A stretch of DNA of 63,526 nucleotides, filler included, from Streblomastix strix (taxonomy: Eukaryota), in assembly GCA_008636045.1 (NCBI GenBank). It is 4 parts of 4 records of this genome, joined end to end, with 100 filler letters (N's around TTAATTAATTAA, not from the genome) between each part and the next. Parts side by side here need not be neighbours in the genome. Positions count along the whole stretch, not along the records: positions 1 to 15,819 come from SNRW01000930.1; 3 more parts are not named here. The stretch is one strand, 5' to 3'. A model generated the notes under the pieces. It was not told the DNA's origin. It saw only the letters and a program-made list of their open reading frames with translations, and did no database searches. Of the stretch, positions 1 through 11,031 are shown piece by piece (position 1 is the stretch's first letter; each line of letters starts with the position of its first letter). Both the position numbers and the translations under genes were made by a program.

Positions 1-1
1 A

Positions 2-442
2 TTTGTTGAAAATGATGATCCAACTAATAAAAGATAAATAGATCACAAAAATGGTATTAAGACTGATAATAGTATATAAAATTTATGCTAGATGAATAAT
101 AGTAGTAATTAGAGAAAAAATTCGAAACACAATGCTGATGTTATATATGAATATGATAATGAAATTCCTGATGATGCTATAACCATTAATGATTATGGAA
201 CACATAGATTTGAATTCTATTCCTATAGTTAAGATACAGATAAATTTTATTACTATAATGGTTTAAAATATAGAGTTTTACACATTAATGAAGTAAAACG
301 AAGTGGAATGTTATTTGATCGCGCTAATGATATTGATAATGATTTAACAAAAATATTCATAAATAAATTCAAAAGACTAAAAAAACATAATTAATTGAAT
401 CATCATTTTTGCTTCCTTACTATAAATTAAATGGCATTATGA
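2..442 (+). CDS. HNH endonuclease, C-terminal part (5' truncated, 3' end uncertain)
   Basis: With TAR=Q frame 2 reads FVENDDPTNKRQIDHKNGIKTDNSIQNL..., matching the phage-type DHxNGxKxDNxxxNL HNH motif; first in-frame TGA at 440-442. Confidence 0.75.
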
Positions 443-848
443 GAGTAATAACAACTTGATCGACAGAAAAATATACATTTTTATGCACTAGCTTATAATT
501 ATTTGTACAATTTTAGTAATACAGATAATACTATATTAGCAAAGGAGTCGATGAAGAAATTATTAGATATAGATTCAGATAAAAGAGTTTTTGAAGTTGT
601 GTATTATTATACTAGTTATTTGCTAACTGATGATTATAATAAATTATGGGATAAATATAAGAGTTGGGTTGAGGATGAAAATCCTGAATTCTATAAATTT
701 ATCATTGCATAAAAGGTTCATGATTAATAAATTTCTTAAGCGAGATTTGATAAAATCAATCAAAGACCTTATAGTGACTCAAGATCATAATCAATTAAAC
801 CATAAATTTAAGTATATTAACCTATTAAATTAATTAACCAATTTTGAA
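431..848 (+). pseudogene. Hypothetical element protein, disrupted
   Basis: TAAATG start at 431; MAL*EQQQLDRQKNIHFYALAYNYLYNF...LWDKYKSWVEDENPEFYKFIIAQK; TGA at codon 4; reading decays after ~850. Confidence 0.45.
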
Positions 849-1898
849 GATTCCAACTATTTAACCTTTGATACCTAAATCAAAAGTAAAAAAACAAAGC
901 AAATCAAAAACTTTTGTTAATGAACTTAATAAATTAAAGTAATAATTAATAGAAATAATTGGTGAATAGGAGTAATTCAATTTAGATAATGATATAGATT
1001 CAAACATAACAATAACTGCAATGCTTTAATAAGAAAATATTAATACGAAACAATCATTTTATAATACTATTCTGAATCATAAGTTCAATTAATCAGTTCA
1101 AAGTATTGGATTATAAAACATAAACTATTAAATTTGTAGATTAATTTCTTAGCTAATGGTATGACTAATATATCTTATAATTTAGTGAGAGATATCCATA
1201 GAAAATTTATGCTTTATAGTCTAAACCAAAGAAATTTAATAAGCTCTAGAATGATAACTTATTCCAAAAAATAACATAAAATCAATTCCCTTTCAAATCA
1301 AAGTATGATGTCATTCGAGTAGTTAATGAAAAAGACCAATGCCCTCACATTGATAAACACAGTGATTTGCCCACGTCAGAAACATCCAATATTATGACGA
1401 ATTGCTGACATATGAAAAATGAATAGATTATCTAGAACCGAAAATCAAAGAATAAATTGATATTAATAAAGAAATACGTATAAAATAATAAATTATAACA
1501 TTTAGGAATATCATTAGTAATGAAAAATAATTGATATGATTTACGATATGCATTTATGATAAAAAAAATTGGTATGATTTATGATTTGCGTTAATAAAAA
1601 AATAATTTATCTGATTTCTGAGACGCACAAATAAATAGGATTTAGGCAATGTTTCGGGCATTTGTCTTTCTCATTAACTACTCGCACAGAGCTAGCTTAT
1701 TTATCTAATTTTCCCACGATTAGTAATCTGTCCGATTAAGTTTTCATTAACGAAGTTGAAATAATGGCATCGACTAGCTGGTCGATGAGTGAAATACGTT
1801 ATTTGATGAAATTTATGGTGATAAAAGTTATTGATTGGACTGATGGTTATGTCGAATTAAGCGGGGCAATGAAAAAGATTAATGGTGCGGATGAATGA

Positions 1899-2064
1899 GA
1901 TGAATTATCTACCTGCACGAGGACTATTCTAAGACAATTCTTGAATTAGTGTTCTGACATTGAGATATATATTAATTTATCCATCTGCACGGGGTGCTCT
2001 ACCTGCACGGGGTAAGTTGATAAACTATTTTGATATCTGTCATTAAAAATTATTGCCATAAATT
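1899..2064 (+). repeat. ~166-bp repeat block copy 1 (three CTGCACG(G/A)GG cores)
   Basis: Aligns by eye along its length with 2132-2297, e.g. shared AAGACAATTCTTGAATTAGTGTTCTGAC and ACCTGCACGGGGTAAGTTGATAAACTATTTTGA. Confidence 0.92.
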
Positions 2065-2131
2065 TGAATCATGAAGAAATCGATTGAATTATCTTAAATG
2101 AAAAATAAGACAGATAAGACAAGACAAGACA

Positions 2132-2297
2132 GATGAATTATCAACCTGCACGGGGACTATCTTAAGACAATTCTTGAATTAGTGTTCTGACGTGGAGATA
2201 TACATTAATTTATCCACCTGCACGGGGTGCACGACCTGCACGGGGTAAGTTGATAAACTATTTTGAGATCTGCCATTGACAATTATTGCCATAAATT
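2132..2297 (+). repeat. ~166-bp repeat block copy 2 (direct)
   Basis: Direct copy of 1899-2064, ending ~50 bp before the primase-helicase ATG. Confidence 0.92.
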
Positions 2298-2348
2298 AAG
2301 TAAAAATTATTTTTCTCATGCTATTTCAATATTTTATCCGAAAGTAAA

Positions 2349-5126
2349 ATGGCAACAGAAGAATTTTCAAATGACAAATCAAACCAACAAACAAACGTGA
2401 AATGTGAAACACTTGAGAAAGGACCGAAATGTAAATATACACGCAAATCGAAAACAGATGAGAAAGCAAAAGCTATGATTGATCAAATGATTAATGAACA
2501 GACGAATGAACAGACGAATGAATTGACTATTGAACCCACTAACAGCAAAGATGCTGGCATAAATGCTATTAAGTAGATTATTGAAGAGAAATATGACCAA
2601 CACATAAGTGAATTATGTAATTAACATGGAGGAACTGATAAAGAAAAAGATGAAAGAAGCTATTTAATATATCGATTAGAAAAAAATAGAGAAGATAATA
2701 TATTTGAAGAAGTATTGCAACCGTTAGTGGAATTATATAGGTAAGAATAAGATTCAAAAACAATAATTGAACGCGTCAAAAATGCTGTGATTAACAAAGT
2801 AAACTATACAAAAATAGGTTAATATGATGGTAAAAAAAATTAATAAATAACAGGCAAATTAATTGATTCATCATTAATGGATGAAGATAATCTATGTGTA
2901 GTTGATATAGACATTCATAAGGATAAATCAATAAAAGAGATTGATTAACTAGGATAAAATATAATTGATTCACTTCCACAAAATGTAGGTTTAGTTAAGA
3001 CTGCTCATGGAGGATTACATATCTATTGCAATAGGAATTTCTATCTATTACCTTCAAACTGTAATGTAAAAGTAGCTGTAACAGATAGTTTTGATATTGA
3101 TGTATTTGCTAAAATGATTAAATATAGAATTGAAAATGGATAAGAGACAAAAGAGAGAGTATAGAATCGGGTAGTTACTCCTAATACTTCTATTCGAGAA
3201 ACTAAAAGTAATTAAAGAGTTACACTCAAATATGAAGCAGTTAATGATTGGGAAAATGCATCTCATTTAGCGAGCTTGAGAGAGATATTTGACAAATGGA
3301 ATATAGATATTGAGATGTCATATAAAGATTACGCATAATAGTAACATTATAGAATATATGGAGTGTAAATCAATGATGACGGTGCAATTGAATAAATAAA
3401 TGATGAACTTGCATAAGCATGTGTTGATGGATTGAAGAATCTTGAAATACATAACTATCTTTAGCCGATTAATATGAAAGGGTCTCTTCTAAGTATATTC
3501 TGTGGATTATATGGAATTACTAATGAATCGATTAGAACCGAAGGAATGAAGAATATACGCTAATTCAATAAGCAAACCGCAAACGCAGATAAAAACTATG
3601 GATAAGCTTCATCTAATGGTGAACACAAACGAAATCCATGGATCCTTACAAAAATCTTAAGATACCATAATAAAGACTATTATGAATAAAAAATTAAACC
3701 ATTATTGAAAAAGAATTATGAAGTGAAAAAATAATCGAAAATAGTTGATATGGTGAAATAAATTGAGAAGCATGAGATTGACCTAAAAGATGTGTTCACA
3801 TTAACAGATGTATCTAGTAAAGCACTAAATGGATAATGTTAAAATTAATTAGAATTAGTTGCAGAAGATTTGTTTAAAATAATAAAGGTTGTACCTTGCT
3901 AAAACGGATGGTGTTTTGTCATTAAAGAATATGATTGTTTTCATAATACTAATACAATTCATTATAAGAATAAGACTGCTATCTATGATTAATTACGTTC
4001 GATAAGATTATGGTAAGATGGGAAAAAGAATTTAACTGCAATTGATGCTTTAGAATAATATCATTCACTATTCGAGAAGGTAGGTATAAGATTCATTAGT
4101 TAAAACCCTAAAATTTTCAGTGTATTTTAAGGATATAAGTACTTACAATTAGAAGAAGTGAACTATACAAAAATGGAAGGATTCCTAGGATTAGTGAAAG
4201 AGATTATCTCTGCAAATGATGAATTGATTTAAGAATATTTACTAAATTGGTTTGCTTTTATTGTGTAGAATGCAAGTAAGAAAACTGAAACAGCTATTAT
4301 ACTTCAAAGAATATAAGGTATTGGAAAGAATGTATTCACTAACTTATTATGAGAACTGTTAGCAAGATATTCATCGAAGAACATAACTGATATAGATGAT
4401 TTTGTTGGAAAGTTTAATGCAACTATCGAAAACAAGATGTTGGCAATTGCTGATGAAAAGAATAATTTTGGAGAATCGAGAATGTCTAGTATGGATGCGT
4501 TGAAGTCAATAATTACTGAATATTCATTTGATATTAATGAAAAATATATTCCAAAGCATGAAGTTGAGAATGTAATGAATATGATACTTGTAACCAATAA
4601 TATCTTTCCAATAAAAATAGAGAATAATGATAGACGTTATGTTGTATGCAAATGCAATTAAGTTCATCGAGAGTATCTAACTTAATTCCCTAATCTTTGT
4701 AATAGCTTTGATGAAGATTTTTATAACAACTTATTCACATTCTTTATGACTAGGGATATTTCATAATTTAATCCAAGAAACATTTCAATGACATAAGCTA
4801 AGAAAGATATAATAAGAGCATCAAGGTCAAATGTTGATGACATTATAATTGATCATTTCAAGTAGTTCAAAGATGGTGTAATCATATCACAAGTCGAGCT
4901 ATGGAAACTTCAAGATATGATACTAAAAAATTATCAATTAACGATAAGTAATATATGTAGCCAAGTATGGAGATCAACTAATGGATAAAGAAAGAGATTC
5001 TATAAAATGAAAGAAGAAATGGTTATGATATATGAGAACATGCTAGATGAAGATGCTGATGAGAAAGAAGCTGAAGCATAAACAGCTGAACAAGAGAGGT
5101 AAGAAGAAGGTAATGAATACATATGA
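2349..5126 (+). pseudogene. AEP (Prim-Pol) primase fused to D5-like superfamily 3 helicase, ~925 codons, one internal TGA
   Basis: Single frame with TAR=Q. AEP motifs VVDID (2898-2912) and KTAHGGLHIY (~2997-3026); Walker A QRIQGIGKN (4305-4331, first G replaced by R); Walker B AIADE; sensor ILVTNN; DRRY arginine finger; in-frame TGA at 4350-4352. Confidence 0.88.
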
Positions 5127-5193
5127 ATAAAAGTGATCGTGCAGTTAAATGAATGAATTTATTTTTTGTGCTAGAATCATAGAGTAATGAATC

Positions 5194-5283
5194 AATTTGT
5201 CCATCTGCACGGGGTGCACGGCCTGCACGGGGTAACTTGATAAACTATTTTAGGTGCTGCCATAAGCCATTAATGCCGTAATT
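5194..5283 (+). repeat. Repeat block copy 3 (partial, direct)
   Basis: AATTTGTCCATCTGCACGGGGTGCACGGCCTGCACGGGGTAACTTGATAAACTATTTT matches the 3' half of copies 1 and 2. Confidence 0.88.
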
Positions 5284-5417
5284 GAAATATTAAGAGTTAG
5301 TACCATTCTGAAGTGAGTAATATTTTATAAGATGAACGATTTTGATTATTGCATGTAATCATCGGATCATATTTATTTTTCCTTATGATTCTGCTAATAT
5401 GGTGTTGAATTAAATAT

Positions 5418-5567
5418 AATTACGGCAATATGGCAAATTGCAGCATCTCAAATTATTTATCAACTTACCCCGTGCAGGCCGTGTACCCCGTGCAGATGGA
5501 CAAATTAGTGCATATCTCCATGTCAGAACACTAATTCAAGAATTATCTTAAAATTGTCCCCTTGCAG
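5418..5567 (-). repeat. Repeat block copy 4 (inverted, near full length)
   Basis: TATCAACTTACCCCGTGCAGGCCGTGTACCCCGTGCAGATGGACAAATT...GTCAGAACACTAATTCAAGAATT is the reverse complement of copies 1-3. Confidence 0.9.
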
Positions 5568-5987
5568 TGCATGTGTACTCGAAATATTTGATATAATATC
5601 TCATTAGCACATACTTGATTAACGCACATCATTAACGTAAAAATAAATCAGAGCTACCGACCGACCAACTATTATTTTTGCCAATTTTAGGGGGTCCAAC
5701 CCTGCACACCTGCACACATGAATAATTCACTTCATTTGCCCACTTCGCTAAAGCACATCATTAATGCAAAAAAAATCACATTCACTAGTTATATCGATCA
5801 ATTATATCACTAATTTAAAGTAAATCCTAAACGTTAGTTATGATAGTTTTCTAAAGATGCCGAATCAACAGTAGTTACAAATCGTTAGCATATGCACAGA
5901 ATTCCTATCGCTGAATTCTATATTTTTATTGTGCATGAGATCGTTACTCTGCGGCAATGCGTTCGGCTTCGCATGCTCACAATCAAA

Positions 5988-6839
5988 TCACACTCTAATC
6001 ATATTCAGTATTTTAATAATTAATTTACTAGTATTATCATCTAAATTTAATGTAGAATATTGTTGCTATGTTCGTTAATTATCATTGATAATCTCATGAA
6101 ATCTATTCAAATCTATCTCTTATATCTCTACTCTGTAGATACCTGCATCACCACTCTTGATCTATCGTTTCTTCATTGTTTCTTCAAAACTGATGCTCTT
6201 GAACATTTCATACATTAATTGTTTTATTTACATATTATATCGTTATGCAGTTGATGGAGAATCAAATGAGTCGGTTAATTAGTATATATTTTCTAGAAAC
6301 AATAATATTCCCTTTCTACCATTCCCATCTTCATGTGGATAAATGCGTTCGTATAATAGATAACACGCAAACATAACCATAACCATATTTGATTGATCAT
6401 ACTCATTAGCGAAGTCCACCAGTTCTTAAAGCTCAATTGGATCGATATTTTTATGTTGGATTCCAACGTTAGCTGCAGAGATTATTTTTGATTTATTCTT
6501 ATCACTAACATATACACTACAATGCCTAAATGTCTCTCTTTTGGTTAGTGCTTAGTATAGTTCATCGATCTATGGCACTTTCCTATTCTTAAGGTACTCT
6601 ATTGCTTCATTAATGTTATCCTTTGGTAATATATCATATTCAATACAGTTAGAATCCATAATATTTTTATACATTAATCTATCTGCTTCAATCGTATCTA
6701 TTACCTTACCTATTTAATCACATCCATCATCATTCAACAATATTGTAAATTCTTTAATTTTTATCGAATATTTTGATATCATTTTAATAATAAATGAAAT
6801 GCTATTCAATATAGTTATTAGAACATCATTAACGTTCAT
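5988..6839 (-). CDS. Fic/DOC-domain protein (~283 aa), divergent active site
   Basis: Open frame with TAR=Q; ...LYERIYPHEDGNGRKGILLFLE (motif 6341-6306) versus the Fic consensus HPFxDGNGRxxR. Confidence 0.78.
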
Positions 6840-6972
6840 CACTATTGAAAACATTGTCTTGTTTCTTATTGCTGCATCTGCATATAACACCATAACCAAA
6901 GAAAAAGAAAAGACTTCAATAAATTTACTATTTTATTCATGATTATCAACTAGTAATTTTTGGTAGGAATAA

Positions 6973-7566
6973 ATGTCTTTGAAACGATCAGTATCACCAT
7001 CTGAAAAAATTTATTAAAACGAACCAATGTCTCCTCGTTAATCAGTACCGATTATTCCTGCAATAGTTGAAGTAGATTCACCATTCGAAAAGGAATAAGA
7101 TAAAGTGTCTGTATAATCTGTTCGTTCAAGAAGAAGATCATCTATACTTGAAGAAATAATTGTTCCAGATCCATCAATATGTCGATGGCTACTTGATATA
7201 ATTAGTGAAGATGAACATATGACTAATGAACCTGCACATTTCATATTATCCGAACATTAATTAATAAGAGTAATTGCATATATATTTTATGTAGTGGAAA
7301 ACGAAGTTATCCTTAATACTGAAGATGAAGGATGTTGTGGAAAATTTATGCACGATGGCACTAGAATATTAAGAGAAATTACAATTAATAATGTTATTAT
7401 ACTTACTCTAGATATCGATAAAGTCAATCTTCTCAGAGATTCATATAAAATATGCTTATAAAAAGTGAGAAAAATAACTAGTATATTAGATCTTGGAGAT
7501 ATCTCATCAAATTTAATGTCTGCAACAAGTAAAGGATTAATGGCAGTTCTATCTCAGATTTATTGA
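6973..7566 (+). CDS. Hypothetical element protein (197 aa)
   Basis: TAAATG start, open to TGA 7564-7566 with TAR=Q (MSLKRSVSPSEK...EDEGCCGKF...VLSQIY); no domain recognised. Confidence 0.65.
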
Positions 7567-7593
7567 TTGATCTATATTATTTTTGGTAATTAA

Positions 7594-10110
7594 ATGGCTG
7601 ATACAGACTTACACTCTTTAGATGTACTCTTAATTTACAATGAAATTCTGTATGGAAACGTTCGTCATAATACTATTGGCTTGATTGAGTAAGTTACAAA
7701 TATTAACAATCAAATTAATAATATAAATAATGCTCCTGCACCTGATGTATATACTAAACCTGAAGCAAATGAAATATTTGATACAAAAGCTGATAAATCA
7801 GAGACATATTCTAAGACAGATACTGATACATTATTAGATGCAAAAGCAGATAAAACCGACACTTATACGAAAACTGAAACCGATACTCTACTCGATGCAA
7901 AAGCAGATAATACTGACAATTATATGAAAACTGAAACCGATACTCTACTCGATGATAATGCAAATAAAACTGAATTAATTGACTTATATTCCAAGACAGA
8001 AGACTACGCACTCTTATTATTGAAAGCAAATGTTGCTGATTTGACCAATTATGTAGATTTAACTTCTGTACAAACAATAACAGGATAAAAATAAATCAGT
8101 ATGATTAATATTTCAAGCAAATCGAAATTGAGTAAAAATGACGCTTCTATTCATCTTGCAGGTAGAGGAGATATGTTAGTAAGTTCATTAGTAACTTAAT
8201 CATAATTATAAGAAGTTGGAGATATTGCTACTGGAAAGCCAAAAATATGTATTCTCTACGTAAGATGAGTTGAATGACTGGATGGCTGTTCAAGATAATG
8301 TAGCAAAATTGGTAATTGGAGATAATTTATATATTGCTGATAAGGAAGTTACTGATTATTGGTGGGATGGAACTGATTTAAAAGTGTTAGAAACAGAATT
8401 ACCAGATATGAGTAATGTTATAACAACCCAACGAACAGCTACTGGAGGAGGTAATGCAATAACTGATATATCAATTGATGGTAATGTACTAACACCAGCG
8501 AAAAATAAAAATTTTGTAGATACAGATTATGATCAAAGTATTAGTGGTTAAAAGACATTTAATACAACAATACATTCAGTTGGAATCACAGATTCAATAT
8601 ATGATAATACATTTGTTATTTGTGCGTGTGGAGGAGTTAGATCAATTGCAGATATTTAAAATACCTCATATTCCAGATCAGAGGATGATGCACTTTTATT
8701 ATTGAAAGCTGATAAATCAACAACATATACCAAGACTGAAGATGATTCACTTTTACTATTGAAAGTTGATAAGACATAACTGATTGATTCATACTCTAAA
8801 GGTGAGACATATAATCTCTTAAGTAATAAAGCAGATACTGGAGTTTCCTATACGAAAGGTGAAGATGATGCACTCTTATTATTGAAAGCTGATAAATCAA
8901 CAACATATACCAAGACAGAACCTGATCAATTAATATCTAAGATTGATGTCGGAGATGTTGATTTGACTTATTATTACAATAAAACAAAAACAGATGAATT
9001 ATTAGGAGAGAAAGCTGACGCAATCGAACTATATAATTATATTACATTAGGTACTTTATAAACAATTAATGCAAATAAGACATTCAATAAGGCTTGTAGA
9101 TTCACAAGTACAATAGATTGAATGTCAACAATTACTGGATCATCATTTATCAAATCAGGAGCAGATAATGCAGTTGTATTACTTGGAGCAGGTGGTACTA
9201 AACCAATTACAGAATTTGGGGGAAGTGTTGATGATTCGAATTATGTGAAGAAAACAGGATAAGCAACATAAAATATCGCAGGAAATTTAATAAGATCAGA
9301 TAGTGAAGATTCTTTTGATTATTTATAACCTAGATAATATGCTACAAAATATAGTATCGATGGTGCTTACGTTAAGAAAACAGGAAAAGAAACATAATCA
9401 ATCGAAGGAAATTTAAAAAGAAGCGGCAGTGAAATATTATTTGAAAATCTTTACCCATTCCAATATATAATCAAATAGGATGCAAAGTACGGATTTGTAT
9501 AAAAAGAAGGATAACAGGTATAAGAAATCGAAGGAAAATTACGTAGAAAACAAGATGATAAAAAATCTGAAAATGGTGACTATTTAACAAAAGATGAGAT
9601 GGATAATAAATATGTAACACTTGGAGGAACTTAAACGATTACTGGTATAAAAACATTTATTATATCAGTAACTGCACCAACATTTGTAAAATATAGCGGA
9701 ACTAATTAACAAGTACTATTGGCAGATGGAACTGTTTAACAATTATCTGAATTTGGAGGAGTGCAAGTGGAAGACATTACAAATTTAATTGTCAATTTAT
9801 ATTCAATTATTACATTGAATTATTTAAAACTTACTCGAATAGGTACTTTTTATATTTTAATGATGGAAATTCAACCAAAAACTTAATTCAATATCTCAGC
9901 ATAATTTATTATTTGTAGTATTGGAAATATCGGTACTGGCATATCTCCTCCAACGCCTCCAAGTACTACATATCTTATTTAGTTAGCAACGAAGCGAAGG
10001 ACATTAATATATTCGCACTCATATAGAGAAATTCGAATAACTGCGGATTCAACAGAAGCTTGGGGTGTTAATGATGATGTTGGCTTAAAAATTTAGTTGG
10101 ATGCTTTGAT
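7594..10110 (+). pseudogene. Tail-fibre/virion-fibre-like repeat protein, disrupted
   Basis: Tandem KADKxxTYxKxExDxLL repeats (~7785-8030, ~8665-9020), QTITGxK/QSISGQKTF/QTITGIKTF fibre motifs, three VxKxG..Q.I.G.L repeats; frameshift ~8245, TGA 9119-9121, probable frameshift ~10090. Confidence 0.75.
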
Positions 10111-10170
10111 AATAAGCACATTCATATTACCTATCAAATAAGTTTAATACTTTTATTTTTGAACTATGAA

Positions 10171-11031
10171 ATGAATTATGAAATAGGCAGTGTATACATA
10201 GATGAAGCATTATTAGAAGCTGCAGGACTATTAGAATTTCCAGAATGTTATGCGTATATTATCGAGAGCGATCAAGAGCCAGTTCCACTAGCATAACGAA
10301 TACCAATCAGAGAATAAACCTTACAAAAATAAGTGAAAGATAATGATGACATTCTCTTTAATACAAACGAATTGTTCATTCCTCCATTTTCAAATGCTCC
10401 TACAAAATTAGACTTAAGTTCATAGCTAGAACGATCTAGTTTCCTAGCATCATGTGGATCAGATCCATAATTAATTGTGTACGGTGATCGTGTTACATTA
10501 ACCGCGTCATATGAAACTTCTGGATTATTTCCCAATGGTTATTTATTCAAAAGTTATCCAGAAGAAGCGAGACCAAAAGCAGGAGATAAAGTGATTGCAT
10601 TAGTTGGAACAGATACTACGAATAAAAATAGTATATTTTGTTATATCGATTAGTATGGACCATTTATCATCAGTACATCAAAGATTCCTTCAAAAACTGG
10701 TCTCTTTATAAACGTAACTAATTATAAAAAATATGAGTCATCTAATAAAATAAATTATGATGCAAATAATGATGGCATAGTAAATATAATGGATACTTGG
10801 CACGTCAATGGTAAAGGAACATTCGAAACATAATCTCATGTATATGATACTGTGAAAAAATAAACTGATTTAATTGCAACTGGATTGTTTGGAGATAATA
10901 AAGTAAATTATTTAAATAGTGATATAAAATTATAGGATGAATTAGCAATCTATTAAGCGGATAGAGCAGCATTCTTCATTAAAAATATAACTATAAATGC
11001 TTTAAATAAATCAAAAAACAAAAAACAATGA
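10171..11031 (+). CDS. Putative virion/receptor-binding protein with a dockerin/EF-hand-like loop (286 aa)
   Basis: Open with TAR=Q; LFKSYPEEARPK resembles the LP..xRP motif of fibre tip domains; DANNDGIVNIMD at 10759-10794. Confidence 0.55.

Larger units (their letters stand above)
1..11031. mobile_element. Degenerate endogenous virus-like element (Polinton-like/Maverick-like or related dsDNA element); left end runs off the window, right end uncertain
   Basis: Compact intronless gene array with HNH nuclease, AEP-SF3 primase-helicase, Fic protein and fibre-like proteins; scattered nonsense/frameshift lesions. No capsid, polB, integrase or terminal repeat seen, so the class is not established. 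Confidence 0.8.

Noticed and set aside
1899..2297. Repeated CTGCACGGGG cores as a CRISPR-like array
   Set aside because: The sequences between cores are themselves duplicated rather than unique spacers, spacing is irregular, and no cas genes are present.
7785..9020. Nucleotide repeats in the fibre gene as a diversity-generating retroelement TR/VR pair
   Set aside because: They are in-frame protein repeats, differences are not adenine-specific, and no reverse transcriptase is visible.
4350..9121. TGA codons inside element genes as evidence of recoding
   Set aside because: The element also carries frameshifts and damaged motifs, so ordinary decay explains them.
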